A DNA stretch of 64,000 nucleotides from an uncultured bacterium (GTDB lineage Bacteria > Arandabacterota > Arandabacteria > JAGLYR01): positions 91 to 64,090 of the forward strand of contig CAZSXU010000024.1 of NCBI GenBank assembly GCA_964610505.1. The letters run 5' to 3'. The position numbers were made by a program, and so were the translations under genes. Each line of letters opens with the position of its first letter. The stretch's first letter is position 1. The notes under the pieces were generated by a model that was not told the DNA's origin, made no database searches, and saw only the letters and a list, made by a program, of their open reading frames with translations. Of the stretch, positions 25,408-34,910 are shown in pieces.

Positions 25408-27906
25408 CTATCGAATCAGTACCATCTTTCGCGTCAGGTTCTCGGCGCCGACGTCCAGGCGATAGAAGTACACGCCGGTCGAGACTTGGGCGCCCCGGTT
25501 GTCCTTGCCGTCCCATTCAACCACCCACTCCCCCGAGATGATCGAATTCTCGATGAGGGTCACGACCTGCCGTCCGGTGACGTCGAAGACGCGAAGCGTG
25601 GCCCTTGCACCGGATCCCGGTACGGAAAGCCGGATGGTCGTTTGCGGATTGAAAGGATTGGGTACGTTTTGCCCCAGCGCGATGCGGCCCGCCCTCGAGA
25701 CCTCCGTTTCGGCCGCGCCCGTCGTGGCCTCCTGGTACGTGACCAGGGAGAAGTCATCCACGCCGGCCTCTACAATCGAGCCGTCGCCCTCGTCCGCCGC
25801 GATGAATCGGAACTGCACCTGGTCGTTGAAGTCGACATAATCTTCGAGAGAAAACTCGACCCTGTCCCACTCGTGTGTACTTGCGGAAGTGGTTTGCAGG
25901 GTATCCCACGTCGCCCATCCGTCGTCGCTGACGTGGACCCTCCACACGTCGGTGCCCGCCGCGGAGCCGGTGTCGTTCGCGTACCAGTAGTGGTACCGGA
26001 CCGCCGCGTTGGTGTACATGGTGAGATCAAAAACGGGCGACACGAGCGTCGTCCGGCCGCCGTCCACGTCGTAGCTCCCCTGGCCGGAGCCCGCCGCGCA
26101 CTGGGTGATATAGGCGTCCACTCCCGGATCGGGCGTGTGATCGTCCTCGGGCTGGGCCTCGGTCCACTCGGGATCGCATCGCTCCCAGATCCCGGTCGTC
26201 GCGCCGTCGCCGGTCGCGCCCACGGTCCAACCCTTGTGCGTCTCGAAGTCGTCCTCGAAAAAGGCGGTGATGGTTCCGACGAAAAAGGTATACACGTCCG
26301 CAGGAGCGTTCTTCGGATTCATCGCCCGATTCCCGTCCGTGTCTTCCGCCACGATGTAGTACTCGACGAACGTCCCGCCCGGCTGTGGGGGGATGAAGGC
26401 TTCGTATTCATTCGGGGTTCCGGTTGCCGAGAGCTCCAACGTGTTCTCGCCCGCTCCGGTCGAATACCGGACCAGGAGAGAATCCGGATTCAAGGTGCCC
26501 GCGGCCACGATTTCGGTCACGACCCGGTACGGTTGGATGCTGTCCTCGGTGTTCTCCAGGGGGGTATCATGAAGGATCGAGAGCGAGAAAGGCTCGGCCG
26601 CCGTGGCTAGGAACGCGACCGCCGCCTTGACGGAGCGCTCGGCCAGAGTCGAGGAGTTGTAGCTCAGCCCCACCACGTCGCTCGTCGTATGAATGTACGG
26701 ACTGTAGCTGCCGCTGTCCTCGAAGAAGAGAACGGCGTCGTAGCCGTGGGCCCAGAAGGACGCGTGATCGCTGCTGGCGCCGCCGGGAAGATAACCGTCC
26801 ACGATAGGCAGATCCGACACGTAGAGGGCGGCCACATCTTCGAGCACGTCGCGCATCCACTGGGAGTTGGTGTTGCTGATGATGTCCAGATCCAGTGCGT
26901 CTCCGCCGGCCAGGTATCCGATCATGTCCACCGATATCATCCCGACGATGTCTTCGCCGCGTGCGGCCGCGTCCGCCGCGTACCCCTCACTTCCGTAGAG
27001 TCCCAGTTCCTCGCCGCCGAAGGCGATGAATACCAGCGTGTAGCTGAATTCGTAGTTGCTGAGAACCCGGGCGCATTCCAGTGCGCAGACCGTTCCGGAC
27101 GCGTTGTCGTCGGCACCGGGGCAGTTGTTCTGGTCGGACGTGATGGAGTCGTAGTGGCCGCCGATAACGAATACCTTGTCGGGGTCTCCCGAGCCCGGAA
27201 TGACGGCCACAACGTTGTCCTTGTAGATGGAGCTGAAATTGTGGAAATACACGCTGTCGATGCCGTACGATTCGAACTCGGCCTTGATCCATTCGGCCGC
27301 GGCCTGGCAGCTGTCGTGCGTGGCGTAGCGCGTGACGAAATCCTGCAAGCGCTGTACGCCGGCGTCTACTGCGGCGCTGGACACCTCATTGACCATTGCC
27401 TGAATGGCGGGGTCGGCCGCCTTGGCCGCCGTTCGAATCACCGGTCTCTCCACCGGCGCGGGTCGGATGGGCCGCATGAAGACCCGCGCGATCTCGAATC
27501 CCTCCGCCGCAAGGGAGTGAATCTCCCCCTCGGTTGCCTCCACGACGGCGTCGAACCCGACGTCATCGAATCCGACGGCATAGAGAATGCGGGCCCTGGT
27601 TTGGAGATCGGAGAGGCGAGCACGGTCCCTTACCCCGACGGTGTAGTACGTCTTTCCCTCGACGGACGCATCCAGGATCCGCCAGTCCACGTCCAACGCG
27701 TCCATTCGCTCGATGTCCCGAGGTCCTGCAACCACCAAGAGGTACCGTTCCATGTCCCGAACGACATTCACGTCTTCGGACAGAAGCCGGGTGGCCGTCC
27801 GAATCTCCGGACCGTTGACAACGATGAGAGCGTTTTCCACAGGCATCGCCGCGATGACCGGCGAAATCGGCATTGCGAAAAGCGCCAAAGCCAGAAGCGT
27901 ACGCAT
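25408..27906 (-). CDS. M28-family zinc aminopeptidase with shared ~175-aa jelly-roll-like domain and Por_Secre_tail/FlgD-Ig-like C-terminal sorting domain
   Basis: Signal MRTLLALALFAMPISPVIAA. M28 core VVAVIPGSGDPDKVFVIGGHYDS...GADDNASGTVCALECARVL...FIAFGGEELGLYGSEGY. A middle FFEDDFETHKGWTVGATGDGATTGIWERCDPEWTEAQPEDDHTPD... domain is shared with the giant C25 protein. The C-terminus LGQNVPNPFNPQTTIRLSVPGSGARATLRVFDVTGRQVVTL...WDGKDNRGAQVSTGVYFYRL...RKMVLIR is the sorting domain. Start is ATG 27906 with a GGAAGGA SD. The track ORF extends to 28227. Confidence 0.85.
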   Translation of the reverse strand: MRTLLALALFAMPISPVIAAMPVENALIVVNGPEIRTATRLLSEDVNVVRDMERYLLVVAGPRDIERMDALDVDWRILDASVEGKTYYTVGVRDRARLSDLQTRARILYAVGFDDVGFDAVVEATEGEIHSLAAEGFEIARVFMRPIRPAPVERPVIRTAAKAADPAIQAMVNEVSSAAVDAGVQRLQDFVTRYATHDSCQAAAEWIKAEFESYGIDSVYFHNFSSIYKDNVVAVIPGSGDPDKVFVIGGHYDSITSDQNNCPGADDNASGTVCALECARVLSNYEFSYTLVFIAFGGEELGLYGSEGYAADAAARGEDIVGMISVDMIGYLAGGDALDLDIISNTNSQWMRDVLEDVAALYVSDLPIVDGYLPGGASSDHASFWAHGYDAVLFFEDSGSYSPYIHTTSDVVGLSYNSSTLAERSVKAAVAFLATAAEPFSLSILHDTPLENTEDSIQPYRVVTEIVAAGTLNPDSLLVRYSTGAGENTLELSATGTPNEYEAFIPPQPGGTFVEYYIVAEDTDGNRAMNPKNAPADVYTFFVGTITAFFEDDFETHKGWTVGATGDGATTGIWERCDPEWTEAQPEDDHTPDPGVDAYITQCAAGSGQGSYDVDGGRTTLVSPVFDLTMYTNAAVRYHYWYANDTGSAAGTDVWRVHVSDDGWATWDTLQTTSASTHEWDRVEFSLEDYVDFNDQVQFRFIAADEGDGSIVEAGVDDFSLVTYQEATTGAAETEVSRAGRIALGQNVPNPFNPQTTIRLSVPGSGARATLRVFDVTGRQVVTLIENSIISGEWVVEWDGKDNRGAQVSTGVYFYRLDVGAENLTRKMVLIR

Positions 27907-28087
27907 GAGCGGTTCCTTCCTTGTGGGTTTGTCTGGACGTGACAAGACGCAAAATAACTTGCACTGTCTAATATAGCACATTTGGAGGTTTGCATCCAAC
28001 AAAACGCCGGGCCCGAACCCGAGCTTCGTCGCGCGAAACGGGCGCCTCACAAAGTCGAATCCCGTTTTGGAGTACGCCGCCGATCTC

Positions 28088-29575
28088 TCAGTCGCGGTTT
28101 CTTTCCCGCCACAACAGACCCGTGGTTCCGATCCACAGGATGGCAAGAACGCCGAAGCCGACCTGCCAGAATCGTCCGGCCGGAGTTGAGAGGGCGGTCG
28201 TCGCAAGGAAGAAGTTCTTGTGCTCAAATCCCCAGTACTGGAGAAGCGGTGACCACTGCCAGGCCCACCGCATGTCCGGATAATACGGGCTTCTGAGGAT
28301 GCCGTAGTGCGCCTTCATAACGGAGTAGTAGTCGTTGAAGCTCACGAGGATACCCGAGAAGGCGATCACGGCCGACAGGACGGCGACGACCAAAACGATC
28401 CAAGCCCCTGTCGGTCGATCCCGTCTCTCGTCAATCCAGTATCCGAGGGGCAGGACCAGAAGCGGAAGCACCGGCACGAAGAAGCGCGGGCCCCAGCACC
28501 ATCCGCCTTCCCACGACCACCATTTGGCGTGAAACAAAGCCGGGATCAGGAGCATGGAGAAGAGAAAGACCGAGAGTGCGCGGTCCCTCTTCCAACGGAG
28601 GATGAGAACGACCAGGGACAGGAGCGCGAGCGGGAAGTACAGAAACAGCCCGCGTCCGGGAGAGATCAGGAGTCCGATGACGCCGGACAGGAAAGGATGT
28701 GTGAAGTCGATCTTGGAGGAGTAGCCGGTTTCAAAGATCGTCCCGAATCGATACGCGTTGTAGTAGAGAATGATGGGGAAGAGGGAGATCAGTCCCAGTC
28801 CGAGAGTTGCCAGGTGCCGCAGACGGTCTTGCTTCGTCCACACGAGTACCGCGGCGAAAGGAAGAGCCGCGGCCAGGAATACGGCGTTCGCCGCCTTGAT
28901 CAGCAGGGCGGCGGAGAGAGCGACGCCGGCCCAGAAGAGCGAGCGCGAAGAGGCATCTTGCCGGTGCTTCAGCATCAGATACAGGAACAGCAGGAGCGCC
29001 AGGGCGGACATGGGCTCGCCGAAAAAGGTCTTCGAGTAGTGCCAGAGGGGAGAGGCGGCCCCGAGGATGAAGGCGAGAGCGAGGGACGTGCCTCGCCCGA
29101 GTCCCAGGGTGAGACTCACGGCATAGAGAAGCCAGACCACGCCGGCGGCGACGATCGCATTCGTCAGGGAAACACCCCAGATTCGAACGAACGTGTTGAA
29201 CTCGCGCGGGTGAAACAGCTTGAGTGGACGCTGGAATACGGGCTCGCTTGTCGCGGGGGCGATCTCCGCGACTCCCCGCCCCAGGAGGTAAAAGGGGACG
29301 GCCGCCAGCGAAGGCCCCAATCCGTAGATGGCGTATCGCCGCCCGTCCCGCCCGATCTCGGTGTGCCAGAAGGACCAGTCCCCCTCCTGTGTCGGGAGCG
29401 CCGGATCCCCGCGTTCGACCAGGCCCTCCGTCACCAGATACATCAACGTGCCGTCGGGTGTGAAGATGTGGCCGGACGTGGTGAGGAGATAGAAGAGGGC
29501 AAACCAGAGGAACAGAATCAGGCCGATTCTCCCCGGACCCCGGGGATCGCGCGTGTCGAAGCTCTCCTTTGGCAT
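28088..29575 (-). CDS. Polytopic membrane glycosyltransferase-like protein (GT39/GT83 ArnT/PMT-type fold, inference)
   Basis: 495 aa with ~12 TM helices, aromatic-rich loops, and an N-terminal periplasmic loop containing a VTEGLVERGD acidic motif. The family assignment is by overall topology only. Confidence 0.7.
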   Translation of the reverse strand: MPKESFDTRDPRGPGRIGLILFLWFALFYLLTTSGHIFTPDGTLMYLVTEGLVERGDPALPTQEGDWSFWHTEIGRDGRRYAIYGLGPSLAAVPFYLLGRGVAEIAPATSEPVFQRPLKLFHPREFNTFVRIWGVSLTNAIVAAGVVWLLYAVSLTLGLGRGTSLALAFILGAASPLWHYSKTFFGEPMSALALLLFLYLMLKHRQDASSRSLFWAGVALSAALLIKAANAVFLAAALPFAAVLVWTKQDRLRHLATLGLGLISLFPIILYYNAYRFGTIFETGYSSKIDFTHPFLSGVIGLLISPGRGLFLYFPLALLSLVVLILRWKRDRALSVFLFSMLLIPALFHAKWWSWEGGWCWGPRFFVPVLPLLVLPLGYWIDERRDRPTGAWIVLVVAVLSAVIAFSGILVSFNDYYSVMKAHYGILRSPYYPDMRWAWQWSPLLQYWGFEHKNFFLATTALSTPAGRFWQVGFGVLAILWIGTTGLLWRERNRD

Positions 29576-29588
29576 ATCTCTATCATAC

Positions 29589-29720
29589 GCGAATGGGCGA
29601 ATGGGCGAAAGGGCGAAAGGGTCCCGAGAGCCGAGAACCGAGAGCTGAAAGCCGAGAGCCGAGAACCGAGAACCGAGAGCCGAAGGCCGAGAGCCGAAAG
29701 CCGAAAGCCGAGAACCGGAG
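29589..29720. repeat. 9-bp-periodic simple sequence repeat (GCCGAGAAC / GCCGAGAGC / GCCGAAAGC, ~14 units) preceded by (GAATGGGC)2(GAAAGGGC)2
   Basis: Read directly in the divergent promoter region between the GT-like gene (minus, start 29575) and the response-regulator gene (plus, start 29911). A related CCACTTTCGACTCTCCACTTTCGACTTTCGG tract lies at 29771-29801. Confidence 0.65.
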
Positions 29721-29910
29721 TGCGGACCCTCTTCCCTTGTTCCTCGCCCATGTCACTTGCTCTCGGGTACGTCCACTTTCGACTCTCCACTTTCGACTTT
29801 CGGCATTGCATCGGGCCTTTCCCGCTGCGCAAGGCACGAGCCGAAACCGCGTCCCGGCCCCCTCGCGGCCTCTTGACAACCTCTCGGAGCGCGCATACGT
29901 TGGAGCCGTC

Positions 29911-30597
29911 ATGGATCCCACCATCCTCATCATCGAAGACGAGAAGAAGATCTCGGATCTCGTCGCCAAGAACCTTGCGGCGGCCGGGTTTCGTTGTCAC
30001 CAGGCCTTCGACGGAAAGAAAGGCCTCGACGAATTCAAGCGGTTGAATCCCGCCCTCATTGTGCTGGACCTTATGATTCCTCTCATCGATGGTCTCGAAG
30101 TGGCCCGGCGCGTCCGTCGCGAGAGCAACGTGCCCATCCTGATGCTGACCGCGCGGTCTACCGAGGGAGACAAGGTTCTGGGCTTCGAGATCGGGGCCGA
30201 CGACTACCTGACAAAGCCGTTCAGCACGAGAGAGCTGGTGGCGCGGGTTCGTGCGCTTCTTCGAAGATCGGCCGTGACTCCGGTGGACAAACCACTGGTC
30301 CGGGGGGACCTCGAGATCGACCCGTTCGCGTATGAGGTCCGGCTCGGCAAGAAGCCGATCGAGCTGACGACCCTCGAATTCAACCTGCTGTACTTTCTGG
30401 CGTCCCATCCGGGCCGCGTCTTCTCACGCGAAGCCCTCATGGAACGGGTCTGGGGAGACGATCGTATGGTGGATACTCGATCCATCGATAGCCTGATCAG
30501 CCGGCTGAGGCGGAAGATCGAAAAGGACTCGTCGAATCCCGAGTACATTCAGACCGTGTGGGGGGCCGGGTACCGATTTCCCCGGATCAGCTCATGA
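29911..30597 (+). CDS. OmpR/PhoB-family two-component response regulator
   Basis: Receiver domain (ILIIEDEKKISDLVAKNL...LIVLDLMIPLIDGLEV...) plus a winged-helix trans_reg_C domain (LEIDPFAYEVRLGKKPIELTTLEFNLLYFLASHPGRVFSREALMERVWG...TVWGAGYRF). The track ORF starts upstream at 29569 inside the SSR. ATG 29911 is the real start. Confidence 0.9.
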   Translation: MDPTILIIEDEKKISDLVAKNLAAAGFRCHQAFDGKKGLDEFKRLNPALIVLDLMIPLIDGLEVARRVRRESNVPILMLTARSTEGDKVLGFEIGADDYLTKPFSTRELVARVRALLRRSAVTPVDKPLVRGDLEIDPFAYEVRLGKKPIELTTLEFNLLYFLASHPGRVFSREALMERVWGDDRMVDTRSIDSLISRLRRKIEKDSSNPEYIQTVWGAGYRFPRISS

Positions 30598-32108
30598 CAA
30601 AATGGCCAGGGACCCGCAGTCTCTTCTGGACATTCGCCGGTGCCTTCCTCGCCGTCCTTGTTGTCGCCACAGTGCTGCAGCTGTTCGCCGTCGGCACCGT
30701 GATGCGGCCCATTGCAGAGAGGTGGGTCCGCACGCATGCCGAACTCCTCGCTCAGAGGGCTGCGAGTGACATCGGCAATCTGCCGCCCACGGCGGGAAAC
30801 GCCGACATCGAGAACATCCTGGTCTCCTACCGGAAGGAGATGGAGAGTGTTCGGCTGGTTTTTCGGAAACCCGGCGGCGAAGTCCTGACCGGACGACGGA
30901 TGCCTCCGGGCATGGTGCGGCTTCTGAGCGATCATCCCGTGGAGGAATGGGATCACCTGGATCCGGCCGACCGCGAGCCGCCTGATCCGGAATCACCCGA
31001 TCGCCCGCGGGGCCCGCGCCCCAGAGGTCGGGACCGGAGGGACCGACCTCGATCCCGGGTTCTCAGCCGGCAGCCGGTGGACACGTCGTCGCGTGTTCAG
31101 GGAGAAGTGATTGCCCTCGGGTTCCACGTTCCCCGCCGCTTTCATGTTCTCCCGCACGATATTCCCCGCCCGCTCCTCCTGTATCTGCCTTTGGCCCTTC
31201 TGCTCTCGGGAGCCGCAGGGCTGATCATGGTGCGGCTGCTGTTACGACGGCTTCGGGCGCTCGAGGATCTGGCCGGGCGTGTCAGCGAGGGAGATCTGGA
31301 TGCCCGGGTGCCGAATCCGGGCAGAGACGAAATCGGAAGATTGGGCGAGCGGCTCAATCGCATGACGGAGAAACTGAAGGAGGCCAGACGGCATCTCGAG
31401 GAGAGCGATAGGCAGCGGCGGCAGCTCTTCGCGGACATTTCCCACGAGCTGGCCACACCTCTCACCTCCATTCGGGGCTACACGGAAACGCTTCTGGAAC
31501 CGAAGGTGCCGGTATCGGACCAGGAGCGGGTCACATTCCTGGCGAACATCCTTGAGGAATCAGAGCGGATGGACCTTCTGATTGACGACCTTCTGGATCT
31601 CACGCGGCTCGAGGCAGGGGCAACGAATCTCGAGACGACGGTGTTGGACTGGACCGAGCTCTGCCGCAACACGATGGACCGGTTCCGGCCCCGGTTCGAG
31701 CAGGCCGGTCTGAAGATCCACTGGACGGGTCCCGCTGATCCGGTCCGGGTGGTGGCCGACGGACGCCGCCTCGAACAGGTTCTGGACAATCTGCTCGTGA
31801 ATGCGCTGCGGTATGTTCCTTCGGGGGGAACGGTGACACTCTCGCTGGACCCGGCCCCGGATCCACCGGACCGAGCCCGCCTCACCGTGAGCGATGACGG
31901 TCCCGGCTTCCCGGAAGAAGACCTTCCACATATCTTCGACCGCTTCTATCGGGCGTCCGCGGCCCGCGCGGCCACGGGTTCCGGACTCGGACTGGCGATC
32001 GTCAAGGAGATTGTCGACCAGCATGAGGGCGAAGTCCGCGCCGAGAACCGGAAGCCCTCGGGAGCGACCATCCTCATTGACCTGCCCGCGGAAAAGCAGG
32101 GCACCTAG
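30594..32108 (+). CDS. Sensor histidine kinase (TM sensor, HAMP-like linker, HisKA, HATPase_c)
   Basis: H-box FADISHELATPLTSIRGYTETL and an ATPase domain (LVNALRYVPSGGTVTLS...DDGPGFPEEDLPHIFDRFYR...GSGLGLAIVKEIVDQHEGEV). ATG at 30594 overlaps the RR stop (ATGA). The track ORF starts at 30558. Confidence 0.9.
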   Translation: MTKWPGTRSLFWTFAGAFLAVLVVATVLQLFAVGTVMRPIAERWVRTHAELLAQRAASDIGNLPPTAGNADIENILVSYRKEMESVRLVFRKPGGEVLTGRRMPPGMVRLLSDHPVEEWDHLDPADREPPDPESPDRPRGPRPRGRDRRDRPRSRVLSRQPVDTSSRVQGEVIALGFHVPRRFHVLPHDIPRPLLLYLPLALLLSGAAGLIMVRLLLRRLRALEDLAGRVSEGDLDARVPNPGRDEIGRLGERLNRMTEKLKEARRHLEESDRQRRQLFADISHELATPLTSIRGYTETLLEPKVPVSDQERVTFLANILEESERMDLLIDDLLDLTRLEAGATNLETTVLDWTELCRNTMDRFRPRFEQAGLKIHWTGPADPVRVVADGRRLEQVLDNLLVNALRYVPSGGTVTLSLDPAPDPPDRARLTVSDDGPGFPEEDLPHIFDRFYRASAARAATGSGLGLAIVKEIVDQHEGEVRAENRKPSGATILIDLPAEKQGT

Positions 32109-32338
32109 GTCAGGTTCCTATTTCCGATTTCCTATTCACCATTTCCCATGCACTGCTGTTCGCCGGTTGCCTATGGCATCGCCGGAACCTACAAGTCAAT
32201 CGGAAACCGCCAATCGGAAATCGAGCCCCGGAAACGGGCTTGTCGCCCTTTGTCCCACCTGTGCCATAATTGTGCAACATCTGACCCGTATCATAGGGGT
32301 GAAGATCGGAATGAATCGAACCCTTAACGTGGACGGGC

Positions 32339-33280
32339 ATGGGCATGAGAATCGAAATCATGAGAAGAATGCGGCGGGACAAAACGCTGATCTCAACGGT
32401 GATCGTTCTTCTCTCAGCGGTTCTTCTCCAGGGATGTGGTGGGATGAAGCTGGAGAGCCGTTGGCGGGATCGGGAGATCTCGATCGATGGAATGATCGGA
32501 AGTCCCGGCGAGGTCGACCGGGAGTGGGCGGGTGCCAGAACGGCCCTGGAAGACGAGAACGTTTCGGTCGGCCTGGTCAATGACGAAGAGTATCTGTATA
32601 TGAGCCTCGTTCTGGGAGACGCGTCATTCGGGCGTCAAGTGGTGGGAATGGGGTTTACCCTCTGGTTCGACCCCGATGGAGGGAACAACCGGGAGTTCGG
32701 AATTCGGTTCCCCCTCGGAGTGGGCCAGAGCGGGTTTCCCCTGGCGGGGTCCGGCATGCCTTCCTTCGCAAGACCCGATGTGGGAAGTGACCGGGAGGAT
32801 GGAGACTTCGAGGCGCATCTTCAGGAGACCCTGGAGGCAATGACGCAGCTGGAGATTCTCGGACCCGGGGAAAGGGACCGCCGGAAGCTCCATGTTCACG
32901 ATGCGGGCGGGATCGACGTGGAAATGGGAACATCCAATGGAGCGTTGGTCTACGAGCTGAGGGTTCCCCTTGCCGGGATGGTCGATCATCCCTACGCGAT
33001 CGGCGCAAAACCGGGAAGCGTTATCGGTGTGGGATTAGAAACGCCCAAGATCGACGTGAGTGCGATGAGAGATGAAATGAAAGGTAGGGGCCGTGGGGGC
33101 GGCGGGCGGCCGGGTGGTGGTATGCGGGGCGGTGGCAGGCCGGGGGGTGGAATGCGGGAAATGCGTCCCGAAATGCCGGAACCACTGAACGTCTGGGGCA
33201 AGATTCGCCTGGCTTCGGTCGAGGAGTCACCTTCGGCGATCAACGAGACAGGTGCGTCGGTCATTTCGGCGGAGATGTAG
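32339..33280 (+). CDS. Hypothetical lipoprotein (Gly/Arg-rich C-terminal tail)
   Basis: The lipobox is TLISTVIVLLSAVLLQGC. No family was recognised. The C-terminus is a GRGRGGGGRPGGGMRGGGRPGGGMREMRPE repeat. The start is ambiguous (ATGs at 32339, 32345, 32360, 32369). Confidence 0.6.
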   Translation: MGMRIEIMRRMRRDKTLISTVIVLLSAVLLQGCGGMKLESRWRDREISIDGMIGSPGEVDREWAGARTALEDENVSVGLVNDEEYLYMSLVLGDASFGRQVVGMGFTLWFDPDGGNNREFGIRFPLGVGQSGFPLAGSGMPSFARPDVGSDREDGDFEAHLQETLEAMTQLEILGPGERDRRKLHVHDAGGIDVEMGTSNGALVYELRVPLAGMVDHPYAIGAKPGSVIGVGLETPKIDVSAMRDEMKGRGRGGGGRPGGGMRGGGRPGGGMREMRPEMPEPLNVWGKIRLASVEESPSAINETGASVISAEM

Positions 33281-33338
33281 CGGGTTTGAATCGTCATCCG
33301 GGTTTCAGACTCGGGTGCGCAGAGAAAGGGAGGGTATC

Positions 33339-34475
33339 ATGAGACGCGTGAAGTTCCTGATCGCTGGTTTGGCTCTAGCGGGTTTGATTGCGGCAGCGGC
33401 GGGCTGCAGCGAGTCGGAGGGCGAGTCGGATCCGATGGCGCTTCTCTCATCGTCCAGCGCGGCGGTGGCCGCGGAGGCATCCGCATGGATCCCGGACATC
33501 TCTGAGATCACCACGGCGCTCGGTCTCACGGTGGCTGAAGCGGAGGCGCTCGAGACTGCCCTTGACGGTGTTCGAGAAAAGGCTGGTACGATGGGGCGGG
33601 GCATGCACGAAGGGCGCCGCGGCGGAAGGCGAGGTCACGGCTTCGGCCAGGGAGGAGTCGATTCACCGCCAGACGGCGAACCGCCTTTCTTCGGTTTCCT
33701 CGAGGCATGCTCGGAGATCCTCGAGCCGGCCAAGTTTGCCGAGCTGCTGAATCTCATGGCTGAACGGCATGAGGCGCACAGGGATGCGATGGCCGAACAT
33801 CGGGGAGAACGGCCGGGCCGAGGTAGGGATCGCGGATTCCAGGGAAGGGGACAGGGGCCGCGCGGGGCCGGCAGAGTTGATGATCTCGCCGAGGCGCTGG
33901 ACCTCACGGATGAGCAGAGGACGGCCGTCCAGGGTGTGTTCGAGGACATGCACGAGGCTTTGCAGGAACACCGGCAAGCGTGTCGCGACAGCGAGACGGC
34001 CCGGGGAGAGGGCCGGGAGCAGGCGCAGGCAATTCACGAGGAGTTCCGGGAGGAGCTGAAAGACATCCTCACGGCCGAGCAGCTGGAACAGATGGACGCG
34101 CTTCGCGAAGAGCATCGCACCGATCGGCAGGAAGACATGCAGGCCCGAGCCGGGGAGCACATGGATCGGGCGGTTGAATTCATGACCCGGATCCTGGATC
34201 TGGATGGTTCCCAGGCCACGGGTATTGAGGACATCATGGACACGGCGCACGAGCAGGTCCGGGCTCTCCACGAGGCCGTGCGAAATGATGAGATGGAGCG
34301 TGAGGCAGCCCATGAGCAGGGCGAGCAGATTCGGGATGAATCGGTCTCGGCGATTCGCGGCCTACTCAACGAGGACCAAGCGATCGTGTTTGAGGCTCTT
34401 TCGAACCTTCTCCCGCACCACGGCGCCGGGTTTGGACACGGCCCGGCCCGTGGGTTCCGAGGTTCCAAGCACTAG
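33339..34475 (+). CDS. Periplasmic LTXXQ-motif (Spy/CpxP-family-like) lipoprotein
   Basis: The lipobox is LIAAAAGCSE. Two LTXXQ motifs are present (DLTDEQRTAVQGVFEDMHEAL and ILTAEQLEQMDALREEH) in a long helical Glu/Arg/His-rich protein. A strong AAGGGAGGG SD lies before ATG 33339. The track ORF starts at 33252. Confidence 0.7.
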   Translation: MRRVKFLIAGLALAGLIAAAAGCSESEGESDPMALLSSSSAAVAAEASAWIPDISEITTALGLTVAEAEALETALDGVREKAGTMGRGMHEGRRGGRRGHGFGQGGVDSPPDGEPPFFGFLEACSEILEPAKFAELLNLMAERHEAHRDAMAEHRGERPGRGRDRGFQGRGQGPRGAGRVDDLAEALDLTDEQRTAVQGVFEDMHEALQEHRQACRDSETARGEGREQAQAIHEEFREELKDILTAEQLEQMDALREEHRTDRQEDMQARAGEHMDRAVEFMTRILDLDGSQATGIEDIMDTAHEQVRALHEAVRNDEMEREAAHEQGEQIRDESVSAIRGLLNEDQAIVFEALSNLLPHHGAGFGHGPARGFRGSKH

Positions 34476-34658
34476 GAACCGGGACGTTCACCGGTTCCGC
34501 TGCGGCCGATACGACGCCGGCCGCACGCGGGTGGGGGTGGGGCAGCCGGCGAAAACCCTGCCCCCTTCTTCTGCAACCACGGATTGTGCCAACGGACGAG
34601 GGGCGATGGTCGCGTCGCCCCTCACGGTTTCTCTCTCGGTCTCGATGTGACTTGCGGT

Positions 34659-34910
34659 TCAGTCCTTCAGATCCTTCTTCCTTCGTTTGACCTCCGCCTT
34701 GGCGAGCTTCTTCTCAATCTTGGCCTGTCGCTTCGAGGCGTCCTTAGCGGCCGGAGGAGAAGAGGGAAGAACTCCTGCCGGTGCGGCGGGCCGAGTGCGG
34801 CGGCGCCTTCGGCTCACGACCCAGGACGCGAGCAGCTTGCCGAAGCCGGCGATCACCCCGGTGACGAATACGATCAGAACCCATTTGCCGATATCCCAGA
34901 ACCCGTCCAC
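34659..34910 (-). CDS. Small membrane protein (single TM helix, highly basic C-terminal tail)
   Basis: MDGFWDIGKWVLIVFVTGVIAGFGKLLASWVV followed by RRRRRT...KKLAKAEVKRRKKDLKD. There is no homology; only ORF structure supports it. Confidence 0.4.
   Translation of the reverse strand: MDGFWDIGKWVLIVFVTGVIAGFGKLLASWVVSRRRRRTRPAAPAGVLPSSPPAAKDASKRQAKIEKKLAKAEVKRRKKDLKD

Noticed and set aside
25486-27942. Plus ORFs 25486..26610 and 26689..27942
   Set aside because: They are antisense to the M28 peptidase.
28307-30046. 579-aa plus ORF
   Set aside because: It is antisense to the GT-like membrane protein, then runs through the SSR tract where the 9-bp repeats are translated as PRAESREPRTE…. It is not a gene.
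33663-34468. Minus ORFs antisense to the LTXXQ gene
   Set aside because: They are the shadow of a well-supported plus-strand gene.
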